Source: Fistulifera solaris (Eukaryota). Taken from it: a stretch of DNA of 64,000 nt. Below are positions 47,929 through 61,624 of the stretch, piece after piece; within the stretch, counting starts at the first letter, position 1; each line of letters starts with the position of its first letter. A program made the position numbers and the translations under genes. Under the pieces are notes generated by a model. That model searched no databases. It was not told where the DNA came from and was given only the letters and a program-made list of their open reading frames with translations. The DNA lies in contig AP026130.1 in the NCBI GenBank assembly GCA_030295235.1, forward strand, positions 434,001 through 498,000. The letters are read 5' to 3'.

Positions 47929-49772
47929 ATGAAAAATCGCAATGCAGTTTTAACACTTGGCAGTATTAGTCACCATGGCCCCGAAAGTTGTCGATTCTAC
48001 GACAGGAATCACCACAGCTGTGGATAGCAGTGCCGTTGCCGGGACGCCGGTGCCTCCCGCGGAAGGGGGGAAATGGGAAAATTTTTGTATCGGTGGTCAG
48101 TTATCGAGGTACGAATCAATGAACAGGAAGTCCATAGATGCAGAACTAAAACCATTTTTTCTGACTTTTTTTATAATTCGTTAGACGGGGAACGGTGCGG
48201 GGAAACGTTAAAGTCAATATTCGAAAATGCCAAGGATCCGAACCGTGTTGTGATCGGTTTGATCGAACAAAATGAGGCTCAAGATAAGTTTTGCATGGAG
48301 GAATACTGCAAAGCATATGGTGCGTAATCGATGAGGAAAATGGCTTTTGCAACAAGCAATCTGATTCACTTTTCTCGTTTGTCTCTAGGTGTCACCACCA
48401 TAGATCGCAGGAATATACGGGAAGGGATGACGAAGGTTGTCGCGAATCCAGAAGAGCTCAAAAAGTGTCCGCATGCCAATCAAGTCAACTACGGTGCGAT
48501 TTTTCACATTAATGCAAAGGGACCGATCTTTGCTCGTAGTTTGACTCGCAAAATTCTCGGGAACGAAGAATTCTGTATGCAAGTCGATGCGCACACATCG
48601 TTTGCGAAGGATTGGGATGAAATGGTTGTAGAAGAGTGGCGCAACACAGAAAACGAGTTTGGTGTGATCACATCCGTACCACCGGCGAAGAGCGAGCAAG
48701 AAAGCTACACCGTCGGTGGTAGCAAAGGGAACAGGGTTCCTAGACAGTGCAAGATCGATTTTCGTGAGAATCATTTTCCTGTGAGTGATGCTAGTTGTGC
48801 TATCTCAGATTATTGCAAGTACGAGCTTTGCTGACAACATTTTAATTGCAACAGGATTTCGAATCTCCCGCGGATGGTTATGCAGAAGATCTGGTAAAGC
48901 CCCTACTGTCACATGGCTGGTCAGCGGCTTTTTCCCTTTGCCAAATGTCATCTGGAAGAAAGTGCTCCGTACGATCCGTTCCTTCATTATGCTCTGCCGA
49001 TTGAACAATTTTCTAGATATGTTCGCTTCTGGACGCGAGGGTAAGCCTTTTCCGCGTAGTAAAGTGTTTCTTGTTGTCCATTTCATGTGCTCACACGCTT
49101 TGCTCAAGTTATGATACCTATACGCCTACTCGTAATATTGTTTTTCACGATTATGGACCTCAGCCAAATGGTCACGGCAACAATGAATGGTTCAAACGAC
49201 AGCGAGATCGATTTCGCAAAGCTTCGATACAGCGAGTTCAAACAGCACTACAGATTGAAGGAGGTGAGACGGAAGAGAAGGCACAAGCCAATTTGGGCAT
49301 CTATGGACTTGGCAAGCGACGAACACTACAACAATTCCAAAAATTCGCCAATATGGACTTCAAAACATTGAAAGGAAATTCGGGGCCAAATCAACGATGC
49401 AGTGGAGCTCAATGGGTCCCCTATGATGCGAGTATTTCACCTGTCGACAATTTATTTGACAATCCGGACAATTTAGACCCGCAACCCGAATTTCCTCTAC
49501 GGTCTGAAATGGTGTTTTATGAACAGGTTGTTTTGAAATCGCCTCATGCGGCCTATAATCCTCCTCGAACAGAATACCATCCTGTTTCAGTTTCAGTTCC
49601 TGTCAACGATACGCAGTCCTCGCTGCCGTCGCTACCGGTGCTTTTCATTCTTTGGGTTTTGGGATTAGTTTTCTGGTGCCTGTTCTGCATGAAACCATCA
49701 AATAGAAAAACGCGGCCGAAGAAAAAGAAGTCATTGGATCTTGATGAGTCTGCTGCCTATAAAGACGTGTAA
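47929..49772 (+). CDS. GT60-family alpha-N-acetylglucosaminyltransferase (Gnt1/OGNT-like) with a C-terminal TM anchor
   Basis: IFVSVVSYRD, VIGLIEQN, GPIFAR, MQVDAH..F.KDWD, WSAAFSF, PYDP, RFWTRGYDTYTP, GLGKRRTL. Four introns (about 48109-48184, 48320-48388, 48781-48854, 49041-49108). Frameshifts near 48068 and 48935; start uncertain. Confidence 0.85.
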
Positions 49773-50115
49773 GAGACAAGGTAACTTAACTGTGGAATAC
49801 GTCGTGCTTAACAATATTGATTAGGATAGCCACTTTCAATGAATTTCAAGTTAAAAGTTATCATCAAGTGCTCATATTGATCTCAGCTTGTGTATGAAAA
49901 TTACCGCTGCAACACGTAGTCATCGACGACATATGGCTGGTATCAAAGTCTCATTCAAGAAAAAATTGCATTTTCCTTGAAGCTGAAAAGAATGTGTACA
50001 AGGCAATAAAGTCAAATCACTTGCACTCAGCCTTTCGGAGCAGCCTTGTAAATGACATCAGTAGACGTACAAGACAAAAAAATGATGTGAGATTGTAGTT
50101 TCGGGATTCGTCCGT

Positions 50116-50872
50116 TCAGGGCGTCTTTGATGATATAGTGGGTTCCGATTGCTTTTGCGGTCCTCCTCCTGATCTGCGATAGATGAAGCCTTGCGTGGTG
50201 TTTTTAATGGCTACACGATTGGCAGGGTTGTCCAGATACGTCAATATGGAGCTTTTAACAACATGATCCAGCCTTGGCTGCTGCGACGGAATCAACGACA
50301 GCACGGATGACAGAGCCAGCGGGAAAATCGGCCCCATGGGCAATCCGATGACCAGAGGCAAAACAGCTTTCTGCATCGTTTCTGACGGCAAGAAATCGAC
50401 CGCGAGCTTGGAAAACTGAACATGTCCCATGGCAGTGGGGTCGTACGGAATATCCGCAACCAAGATGTTTCGATGCCATATCGGTCGTTCTCGCTCTTTT
50501 TCGCGTTCTGATTTTCTCCAGTTGGCATACTCCGTTCCAACGAGATAGTTATCACGCTGCCATTGAATCGCTTTGTATGCAGATTGGAACAATTTCGTTT
50601 TTCGAATCATGTTCGGTTCTGTGGGTATGTGATCGTCAATGCGTATAGCTGCCATAACTTGGTCCGCATAGCCGCCTTCGTTCTCTTTTTTCGGGTTCCT
50701 TTACATCGACGTTCTCTTCTGTATTATCGACGGGAGCTATTCCGTAGAATATTGAGTTTAGTAGGCTTTTTACATGCTGAATAGCTGGATTGTCTTGCTG
50801 TTTGGAATGCTTCTGATTGCTGGAAGGTTCCTCATCGACCTGTGAGCGAGAGCTTTCTCCGCTTCGACCCAT
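50116..50872 (-). CDS. Hypothetical protein with a hydrophobic segment
   Basis: ORFs 50636-50872 and 50116-50655 join across an A-run near 50690 (EPEK-ENEGGYADQVMAAIR); start uncertain. Confidence 0.6.
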
Positions 50873-51251
50873 AACTCAGGCATCTAAATAAGCGGCGGAT
50901 GTTAAGACACTCGTCCGATATATGGCGGTATATCTGATGTGATGATAATATCTATGCTCTCATTGCTTCTCATCAACAAAAATATCGTCTTCGCCTTTTT
51001 CGTCGCAATTGCGGTATAGCAACTAAACTATTAGTCTAAGGAAGCGGTAGAACCGGTACTCGAAAATTATATCCTATTATTTCTGAAACGTCTACCTCGA
51101 AATTGATAGCGTCACATAATGAACTTTTCGCGCCATTTTCCCACGTTTTTTTAATCTGCCTTTGGTTATTATTCCGTGACATTCGCCGCATCCATCAAGG
51201 ATCGCGCATGACATCGGTGAAATCATTCTCGCTGTTGATGTCACATAGAGA

Positions 51252-51291
51252 AAGTTGAGAACAAATCCTAAGTTGAGAACAAATCCTAAGT
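51252..51291 (+). repeat. 18-bp tandem repeat (about 2.2 copies) in a divergent promoter
   Basis: aagttgagaacaaatcct twice, followed by aagt. Confidence 0.9.
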
Positions 51292-51337
51292 GCAACTATC
51301 TTGCTTTCCTATTTCTATAATCAAAGACGAGAGAAGA

Positions 51338-52530
51338 ATGCGAAAGATAAATCGGGCGTCGAGAATAGGATTCATCTCCGCTCTTACGCTGCTTTTTCGT
51401 TGCGATGGATTCACTGCACGCGTTTCACCTTGGAGTTCGTTGAAGAGAGGAAACACTTTGAGTCTTTTTCGACAAGCTACTGCTGATAACACTGTTGTGG
51501 TAAGTGAATCATTCTTGTTGGGGTGCTCCATTGAATTCTAAGTTTCACTCTTTATGCTTTCAAGGAATGGAATGTTTATGTGGATCAATCCAAAGCCTCC
51601 TTAGAGAAACGCGCCAACACGGCGCTCGATGCATTTCTAGCTTTAGCTCCCTCGTCGGTGGAGGTGACACCGGCTGTCTTCAAAAGTAAAGCCAAGGGAG
51701 GGATGATACGTTGCATTTCAAGTAAAAAGAACAAAACATTTGAAGTCAGTAACGTTGATTCGGTAGATAAGGTTTACCGGATACTGACCAAACACATGGA
51801 GTTGGTAGGTAATGCTAGTCACAAATCTCACTAGCGTGTAAATTGTGTAAGCTGACGCATGTTTTGGTTGCAGAAAGTCAGCACAAAAGTGTGCGATTGT
51901 CTCAAATGGAAATACAAAGGAAATGGTCACCTGGAAGCAGGTCAAATTGATCTCGCTATTGATGCGTACGACAAAGCAATCGAAACAGGAGTTACTCAGC
52001 AAGAAGGTATTGTTTTGTTAATGCGATCAACAGCTTATTTGCAAAGAGCCATCACGCATAGAACGACTTTGAAGGAGATTGTGAATGAGCTAATCGGGAT
52101 GGTTCCATCGGCTCTCCCTTTTGTTTTCGATGAGGCCATCCGTCATCCCAGTCTTGCCAATGCCATTTTTCGAAAGTTTGTCGAGCAAACAGAGCGACAA
52201 GACAAACATTTTCGAAAAACACAGTATCGACATGGGCTCTATCAGTACGCCTTACTCAAAGCAGCGCAAGATGCCATACGCGCCACACAATTACTGCCTT
52301 ACTATGAAGTAGCCTGGTTACGGGCCGGTGAGATTCTTTCGGAGCTTTGGCGGCTGAAAGAGAGCGCGCAGTATTACGAAAAAGCTATCGATCTCGATTC
52401 GTCATTGGAGCCCTCACTCCGACCTGTGATTGAACGGCTTCGTCTTCGACAAGAGCTGCTGGACACGGCTAGAGCGTACGGTTGGACCGAAGATATTCTC
52501 CGGTTAGCATTAGACTATCAGCGGGCCTAA
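51338..52530 (+). CDS. TPR-containing protein, probably plastid-targeted
   Basis: Signal ending CDG-F; introns 51500-51564 and 51805-51873; TPR helices (KGNGHLEAGQIDLAIDAYDKAI; AWLRAGEILSELWRLKESAQYYEKAIDLD). Confidence 0.8.
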
Positions 52531-52695
52531 TCCAGCTGTACTCTACAGTCAATCGACGTTAGATATCGTGGAGACGGCATGTGAAACAACGAATCCCATA
52601 CTACTGAACTCTTTTTTCGGCATTATACTTTGTGTAATATCGGTAGTATCTCGCATATAACGTTTGATTTATGATGGAAAAGGAGCAAAGATAGC

Positions 52696-53457
52696 TTACA
52701 CTTCTTTGGGGCAATATAAGTAAGTGGCTTTTAACCCATGCAAAGGATGGGACGGATTGTTTTCGATCTCCTGGAAATCTCTGCAAGTCCAATAATATTC
52801 ACTGTTGATGTTGCGACAATCATATATTTTGCAAAAGTTGTCATCCGCTGTAGCGAGGTTGCACTCAACGCCATTGATTTTTAAAACACTTAACTGAGTT
52901 TCGGCACCCCAAACGTAAAGACTTGGATAATCTTGGTCGATGCCTTCCACAGCGAAAATCATATCGAATGATTTCTCTTCCACGACATTCCAGGAGCCGC
53001 TGTCCGCCCCGCTGGACGTTACGTTAATAAAAGCCTGATTTATTTGGTAGTACCCAATCCCGTCTTCATCCTTGCTTGAAGGTAATGATAAGTAATAGGT
53101 AGTTATGCTGCTGTCAATGCAGGCGTCTTTACCTTCGAATGCACCGCACCCGCTGCAGCTTTCACAGGTAATGGTCAGGGAGCCAAAACACAAGTTACAC
53201 TCGCACGAGGATCCATCATAATAAGCAAGGGCGGAGGTGATTAGCTTGTGGTCCTCATTGCATAGATCATTTGAACCTCGACACGGGTCGGTTGGAGCAG
53301 CTGTGGGTGGTGGTGGAACGTCCTCTTCACTGTCACGATCATCATTTCGTCCCAACCAATCACATGCTTCGATCCAGCGTTCCGGTGACGACGATTCAGC
53401 TTGAACATTGTTTTCAAGCGAGATCAAGGCGACCCATCCCATCCAGAAGGTCTTCAT
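52696..53457 (-). CDS. Secreted cysteine-rich protein with a Pro/Thr linker
   Basis: N-terminal signal ending VQA, PPPPTAAPT linker, many Cys, no TM segment. Confidence 0.75.
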   Translation of the reverse strand: MKTFWMGWVALISLENNVQAESSSPERWIEACDWLGRNDDRDSEEDVPPPPTAAPTDPCRGSNDLCNEDHKLITSALAYYDGSSCECNLCFGSLTITCESCSGCGAFEGKDACIDSSITTYYLSLPSSKDEDGIGYYQINQAFINVTSSGADSGSWNVVEEKSFDMIFAVEGIDQDYPSLYVWGAETQLSVLKINGVECNLATADDNFCKIYDCRNINSEYYWTCRDFQEIENNPSHPLHGLKATYLYCPKEV

Positions 53458-54230
53458 GATGAAAGTGACCGGCTGTTTGTTTGTGGCTTTTATGATTTAT
53501 GATGATGCGAAAGCGGAAAGCGGTAAAGAGTGGGCGGTGGGCGACCAACCGTGACCGGGACTGAATGAATTACTACTTACTTACATTGAGGGCATCGGTA
53601 ATCGGTACTGGTAACCATTCTCTCCACACCTAATCGTAGATCGTATGATCGTAGGTAGTCACACCATTTTAACTTTACATAGTACTCAGTACTCCTTTTA
53701 ATGAAATGTGACCATTGATGACTGCGATTGTGACTATGACCTGTGACCCATGCAGAAAACACTTACTAACTACTAACAGAACTGCGTACTGCGCACTGCA
53801 CTCGCTCGCGCTTTTTCCGTTCAAATTTGATTAGTTACGCATACGTCATGAACGAACCTTATTTACAAGGTAAATTTCTAAGTAACTCAACGAAGACGTT
53901 TTTATGACGTTATGACGTAGCAACAGCCAATCAGGACGCGCTCAGGCAAAAACGGTACCCAACACCCAACTGACGGCGGCTCGGCGGCTCGGCTCTCTCT
54001 CTGGCTGGAGCTCTATAGAGAGACTCGAGAGGCCTCTCTCTAATAGAGAGTGAGTAGAGACAAGTAGATAGAGCTCATGTTGTTATTATTGTCCTCGTCG
54101 GGAAAAAAAGTGAACATGGCATTCGTCGTGGGCGAGGTCAAAAGTTGCAACCTCAGAGAAAGCAAATTATCGTAGATTGGTTTGATTCTTCGTGAAAGGA
54201 AAATTTTAAATTTACAGAGGAATCATCATC

Positions 54231-56616
54231 ATGGTAGAGCCCGCTCGAGAAATAATAACATTCGACGATGAAGATGATGACGCTGAACTTCAGAGAGCTC
54301 TAGCTTTGTCTCTCAAAGAGCACAGCCATGTTACATTTGGACAAGTGAATATAGCTGGTGAAGACGATGATGATCTCAAACAAGCTTTGGCCCTATCTCT
54401 TCGAGATGAGTTTTCTAAACAGAGGCAATCGGATTTACGCTCGGTTGAAGGCGTTAGTGCTGCTGTCGTTTCATCTGCCACCGATACAAATGTTTCGCTA
54501 CCGGAACAGCTACCGTCCTTGGTGTTAAACATGGAAGTCATTGACGCGTACTATAGCGAAACCGAGCCTTTCGATATAGAGTCGTTTCGCTCTATCATGT
54601 GGGATGAAAATTTAACGACTGAGAATGATAAGCGTCGGTGGATCGAGCAACCAATAACGATGCGCAGTGATGACATTGCAAATCAAGATTCGCCTGAGCC
54701 TGTCGGTGATGATGAAATAACGCGACTGGATCAACTGGCGAAATCGCATGTTCCTTGGGGATTAGTACAACAACACGGTGGGCCGTGTGGCGTTCTAGCA
54801 GCGGTGCAAGCAGAAATGTTACGATATTTGATATGGGGACCGCTGCCGTCTTCATCATTTCTATCGGCTGATGCTTTGTTAGAAGCCCTGGCTAGAGCCC
54901 TTGGAACCATACTTGCTCGTGTAGCCTTAGCGGACGCCGTGGAAATACCTTCCGATTGCGATGTGCAAGGCTGTGAGGGGACAGATAGCTGTTCGGGCAA
55001 AGAAAAGGAGATAGCTGTAAAGCTTGTTTTGCCGTGTCTAGACGGTAAAAACATTGACCGTCCACTGACATGGGAAGACTTCGAACCGTGGCAGGGTGCT
55101 GCTACAGTCAACGGTCCCGACAATACATCGAGCGCTTCCTCTGTCCCCTCGTCATTCATAACATATACTATTACGTCAACGTCGGCTTCTGCCGACTCCA
55201 GTCAGAACAAAAGTTGCAAAAGGCGGAAGACCGGCAGTTCTGAACCTGGAAACATCCTGGATAGCCAAGAGAAAGAAGAGCAGGAACTGTTGCTTCTTCA
55301 TGAGATCGATAGATTAGCACGGCACGTTTCCGCATTTTTACTTCAAGCACGAGATGGCGGAATTTCTCCGATAAATCGTTTTCGTCACGCAGGGGGAGTA
55401 CTTTTATTGGTGATGTCTTTAGTTGCATCTCGCGGTCATGCAAAGCTCCGAGCTGAGTTTGACGATCCTATCGGAACTCGTCTTACCGGTCAATTTGGCC
55501 ATTGCAGCCAGGAACTTATCAACGCTCTTCTCACCGGACAGGCTGTATCGAATGTATTCGATAACGTTCTAAAGCCATCGGGTGATATGATCTGCAGGGG
55601 AATATGCGCAAAACCTGTTGTCGGATATCTTACTCAACTCGAAGCTCTTCAGTATTGTTCGGTGGGGTCGTACTTCAAGTCCCCTCGTATCCCTGTTTGG
55701 ATCATTGCGTCGAGTAGTCACTTTTCAGTCTTATTTGGTTCCAAAAAAGCCATTCAGGAAAGTGCGAGCGACATGTTACTGGAGAAATGCCGTAGAGCTT
55801 TCAAAAGTGTAGAAGGGGGAGAAGAGAACGGATTTATTCCTACCGAGTCGCTCTCATTTGTGTTGTCTGCGCTTGATTACAGTTTGGATCCCCCCAAATT
55901 ATCTGCTTTAAGAGCTGCACTGGAAGTAACAGGCGCAGGTATAATACTGTGGGATGACTTTTGGAAGGCGATCAGTAGGCTAATGACAGGGGCAGCGATT
56001 GAGACAGTTCTCGGTGGTCAAGTCGCTTCTGACAATTCCCCCCGTATCACAAGCCGAAAGTCGTAAGACAGGGCAGTACCCCACGCCCCCCTTCATCCAC
56101 CAGAATCTCGTAGCTCAGGATGCGGTTCTCAGTGACGATGTAAACACGTCAAATTCGAACAGCTTGAAACCAGCATTTGAGACACGTGTCGACCAAGTAG
56201 AAACCGACGAGGAAATGGCGAGAAGATTAGCTGGTGAGTGGGGTAGTGAAGACGCAAATAGTGTCGGCGCTGTGAACGGTGGATCCCCCATTACTGTCCC
56301 TTTGCCGACCAGGAGGACGACGAAGTTGACACTGGCGACTCAAAACTTGCGGCCAAAGGATCTACAGGCGTCTTTGATTTTTGGAAACATATGGGCATAC
56401 ATTTTCCTTGTACCATTACAATGGACTTCGAGGGGTGTTCTTTCGCCTTTTCGAGTCACAAGATTAACCCCTGAAGAGGCTGTTGGCGCAAGTATTGCCC
56501 TTAGTCATGCTAATGGTGCATCGGCGCAAAGCACTGATTTAGAGGAAGTCATCAGAACGAAATGGCCTTCCTGTGCATTTAACTTTCTTGGGCAGCCACC
56601 CCCTTTGATTGACTAG
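54231..56616 (+). CDS. MINDY-3/4-like deubiquitinase with two N-terminal UIMs
   Basis: UIMs DDAELQRALALSL and DDDLKQALALSL; QQHGGPCGVLAAVQA (catalytic Cys); HCSQELINALLTG; SHFSVLF; alternative-frame FSLYHYNGL. Frameshifts near 56040 and 56300-56430. Confidence 0.9.
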
Positions 56617-56739
56617 ATTGCTTATAATCGTTTTCAAAAGAAACTCGGGCTTTGATCGTCTATGTACAGTTAAACGCTAAGTCTAGTCAGCCATTATTTT
56701 CAACTCAACTCCTCATGAGACGGTGGAGCTCTTATAGCC

Positions 56740-59700
56740 TTATAGCAGTATACGCTCGGGTATGCTCCAATTCTTAGCAAAACAAAGTTTGAGCACAAAT
56801 TTAAAAACAGTCCATTTGAATCAAAAACAACTATCCAACTTACCACAAACCCTCTGCAGTTTATCGACTGGCAATTGCAAGGAATTCTTTTTTCCAGGTC
56901 TTCCTCTGAAGACGAATCAACATGTAAAGCAAGAGATGGTTTGTAGTCGTAAGTAATCTCATCGTGAATTTGGATATCCTTTAGCGCAACAAAGAAAATT
57001 CTCTCTCGGCACTTTTTGCAAGGCGGTTTTACAAAGTTCATAGAGCAGTTGGGGAGACAGCTGTGGTTTAAAAAACGCGCCGGTCCGCCCTTCGTGGTAG
57101 CGTCTATGGCGAATTCATCGTTGATGCGAAGGATAAAACTCGGTTTACTCTTTTCAAAATACTCTTCTTCTCGACGGGCGACGGTCTCTTTCTCAATGTA
57201 CTCGCCAATATACTCGGCGACTATTTGGCCCTTTTTAAAATGTTGATCCGCAAACAGACCAAAACCGTGTATTCTGCTTGGTCGAACCGAGAGGCAAGAG
57301 GGAACATCTCCCGCAAGCTCTTCATCATTGATTTCACTCCAGTACAACGCTTCTTTACGGTTAGAAGTGCTTGCGAGTCCAGTCGTCGATTCGCATCGTG
57401 AAATGCTAATTTTGTGGTGTATATTATCCCCTCGCTTTCTTCTCTCGTCAAGCTGGACATGAATCTCTTTTATGGCATCAAATGGAAGGCAGCGAGAGCA
57501 AATGTTTTCTGGATGCGATTTTCGCTCAATCCTCCTCTTTTGCATCTTACGCAGTAAATTCAATATTAGCTCCTCCTTTTGACTCGGCGTCTGATGGAAG
57601 TCAATTAGTTGACCAGCCCTGGTAACCTCGTTGTCTACGAAGATTCGCAATTTCCTATCAAAGGTCGCGTCCCTCCCAACAACCAACGCGTGTTCACGTG
57701 TACTGTCAGGGTTGGGTGCAAGCGTGGCCGATGCAGCCACAGCGATTCTTTTCACGACTAGGGCTCCGTAGTAAGCTTGTTCGTTCTCGATCGTACGCAT
57801 AATACAGGCCTCGATTTGATTGCGAAGCGCTTCTTCGTCTTCTAACATTTCAACCGCCTCAGGCCACACTTCTCTGAGTTCCACAAATGGCTCCTTTTCA
57901 TAAAGTTGGTCATCTGACTGAAATGATTCTGCATCGCTGCTTGGGTCATGAGTCCCTGCGCACATCTGATATGCAGTTAGCACTGCGTTCATCCAATCTG
58001 CAGTTCGACTTGCTGCAATAGGAAGTGCGCTTTGTATGTCTTTCGCGTATCTGCACACTGAAGCTTGACATGGGTAGAACGAAATAATGGCCGTGCACAT
58101 TGATTCGATATCCTTTACAAGATCTCCTACACTTTCATAGGACTGATCAAGTACGTTGTCTTTAATCGTACCGATGTCTATGAAATCTCGAAACGCTGCT
58201 GTAAATCCTTGGTCCTTTACGGTCCGTGCGACAAGTCTCAGCGGGTCGCGACGAAGGGAAGCTAGCAAAATACCATAACAGGATATTGCCTTGCATCGGG
58301 ATTTGAATGCATCAATCCTTTCCCTTTTTCTCATCAGCTTCTGTCGGTCAGGATCGCTATAATCCTTGTTCGACGTGGATGATACAAGAAGTCTAGTGGG
58401 CGGCTGTCGATTTCTAATCCGGCATCTCCCCAGAGTGTTTTCTTCGTCAGGAGCTATGTCAATGGTAGCTTCCGGCACGAGTTCATCCTCACGTCCAATA
58501 CTCGCTGTTTCAGCGTATCGATCACGGTCGTCTACATCGTCTAAGCCAATAACTTTTTCGTCACCTTCATCTTCATCGCAATCAAAAGTCCTCGTTTTGG
58601 AAGGCGCAAGAAGTACCTGTGGAGGTAAAATCGTCAGAGGTGCCCATCTGCTCTTTAATATTCTATTTGACACCTGGTGCTCGCCCTTAGACCGGGTGTC
58701 ATCAAATCCATCTTTTCCTTGAATACGACCAAGCATGATAGTTTGAACTCTCAAATTATTTCCATCCGCTTCAGTCCTATCAGTAGAATCAAAACCAGCA
58801 GGCTGTTTCTTCGACAAATTACAAACCAACTGTGCTCTCCTACAACGAATACAACCAGCCTTATCTTCAGTATATGCCCCGCAGCGACCGCAAATGAAAA
58901 GAGATGCTCTGCTTGCTTTAGTATTTCCGTTGGACGCAAAATGATTGGAATTCATCGTCGTGACATCGTCGATGAAAACAGCAACATCATCGAAGCGATC
59001 TAAAGCCTCTCCAAGACTACTACTGGGTAGCAAGGGAAGACTTTGTAGTTTAATCCAGTCACTGGATGGAGTACAAGAAATCGGCTGAATGTGGTCCAAC
59101 TCAAAATCGACCAAGTCCTCGTCGACCATTTGACCGCGATCGACGCGAGGTCGCAGACCAAGTCCAACCCTAGTTGCTATGAGTGAGCTCATAGGGGTTG
59201 CAACTTCGCGCGAGGCTCAACAGCGGGTAGTTTTCTCCCTAAAACGTGACAGTAATGTTTCCAGCCTCTAGTACAGCCAAGGCATTCGTCACCAATGCTC
59301 GTCGAAAGCGGGCCGTGGACTTCAAAGTACGGAATCAGTGACTTCGCGTGATCATCCATAACTAGTGTGCTTTTATCACGACTGGCCTCAACCATTGGGA
59401 ATTTCCCGAATCGCAAATCATGGAGAAGCTCATACGCAATCTTATTCTGAGTGTCATCTAGTTCGTCAGCAACTGGTTTTGTTCCAACGCAGGCATCGTC
59501 TAAACGTTTGCGGCGGTTCAAGTCCTTACGATCTCCATTTCCGACCACAGTTTCAATTTCATCATCCGACGAGTTGCTTTCTTGCTCATCTATAGCTTTT
59601 AAGTCAACGATTTCCCGAAGACTCTTCTCTTCCTTCCATTCGACAGTACGGGCCTCGAAATCACGCATTGACATTGTCATATAGCGACGGTGGTCGACCG

Positions 59701-61280
59701 GACGTAATTTGACCCACCACATCGCTGCTTCTCTCGCAACAAGTTCGTTTCTCTCGTCGCCTTTCGGTAAACGGTTGAAAGTTCTGTGCTTTCGGGCCAA
59801 AACCCGCTCAATCTTCCATCGGTTCTCGGCTAGGTAGAAATAGAAAGCCGGTGTTGCTCTCACTAAGTCCGAGAAATGGCTTTCTTCTTGACAAAAAGAC
59901 TCTCGTTCGTCCTCGTTCCCGCAATGATTTAAATTGTTTATGGAAAAATTCTCTTGATCATTTGTGTCTCTGTTTTTCTTCAAACCTTTCTGCTTCTTCT
60001 TCGTTTTCACCTTTACTTCGTCTGCTTGCTTGTCAGAAACGACAGAATCAGCCCGCCGCCGCTTTCGCAAATTACGCTGTCCGCCATCAACCTCCTCCTT
60101 ACTTTCTTTTTCATCTTGCTCAATGTCGCAATCTTTACCTTTTTCAACATCACCATTGATGTTATCCCCAGGATAGCTCGCGCAGTGCCGTCGGCTTTTC
60201 CTGGTTGCCGTAGCGTTTTCTTCTTCCAGATTATTTTCTCCAACAGTTTCAACAGCGGCCTGGCAAGCACTGCATCTTCCATTTCCTAATTTTTCAAAAG
60301 TTTTAAATGCGAAGGACTCTTCAACCTTCTTTCCACAGTCCTCGCAAAAGGGCACGCACCATCGTCCGAGTCCTCGAGAGAAGCTTTAGATGGAGAAATG
60401 TCTGGGTCAGAAAATGTGGTGGGGACACTATCGTCAATACATTCTGGACAGTACCACGGGTCTTCATCTCGATCAAGCGATGTGCGAGCTGCGTTGTCGA
60501 GCGGAATGCACTCCTTGTGATAAACACGGGGGCATCCATCGCAACAAACAACATCCCCAAACTCATGACACACCTGGCACCAAAATTGGTTGCCATCGTT
60601 TCCCAGCTGGGGCATTTCAGGAACGTCTCCAGGGATGAGAGAAGTAAACGGAGAGCCTTCGAGAAATATCTTCACTGTTGTAGTTGTATTTCGCCCTTCT
60701 TCTGTAGCATAAAGGACGGAACCGCCCGGCGGAATAGAGTCGTTGCCCTGCTGTCTTTGCCCAGGAGAAGCCGATGCAACAGAACCTGAACTACGCTTCT
60801 TTTCCGGTGCGTCTTGATGAGAATCAATTTGGGTGTGTCTTCGAGTAGACCCTCGTTTGTTCACAATCTCCGGTTCGTTCATCTGTCCAGCTGTGCCCAT
60901 CGGTTCCGTATGCGCGTCGTGCTCCGGCGACGCTTGTAAAGACGTCTCAGCGGCGACAGCGTCCAAAACCAAATTGCGAGGAATATGTGATTGACCTTGT
61001 AAAGTATCGGCCTGATTTTGCTTTTCATGTTTGTTTACTAGAGAAGCTTCTTGCAATTTCGATGCATCAGTTTGAGTTCTGCGGGGGCGGTACTCCCACT
61101 TTGTGAGACCTTTGACCCCTTCATGACGCCCACTAATCAAGCTCAAAGATGATTTAATTGAGATTGAACAGCGTCCGTGAGAAACTGTATTACTTAGCTT
61201 AATAATAAGCAGCTCACAAGATGAACAGCAACTGGCAGATTTTTGTGAGGATAGACCCTGTCTTGCGGGTTGCCGCGCAT
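56740..61280 (-). CDS. Large chromatin protein: PHD finger, HMG box, degenerate bromodomain, SET and post-SET (trithorax-like)
   Basis: CQVC...VVCCDGCPRVYHKEC...WYCPEC; PAFYFY...W...Y; SRIHGFGLFA, EYIGE, RFLNHSCLPNC, EITYDY, CNCQSINCRG. Three ORFs joined by frameshifts near 60355 and 59190; last intron 56843-56773; 5' exon uncertain. Confidence 0.85.
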
Positions 61281-61624
61281 AAAACGCGGGGACACTACTT
61301 TTTGTCTCGGTTGAGGAGTGGGATGTTCAACACGATTACATAAAACAGTACTGTACTGCAAAGGTCCTGCGTTGAACAGACTGTAGAAAAATGAGAGCCC
61401 AGAGCGCAGTTCATAGTTCGACGAAAAGTCACAAACGTTTATGCCAAAACATGTCGCACGTGAACTCACACTAAACGCGAAATGTATAACTTCTTCAATA
61501 GAAGACTGTAGAAGTACTTTTCCTCTGATACGCCACTCTCGGCTAAATTTATCGAAATGACTATTGATATTTTCGCTTAGATGACACTATTATGTACACT
61601 ACATTTTACTGAAAAAGTGGAAAC

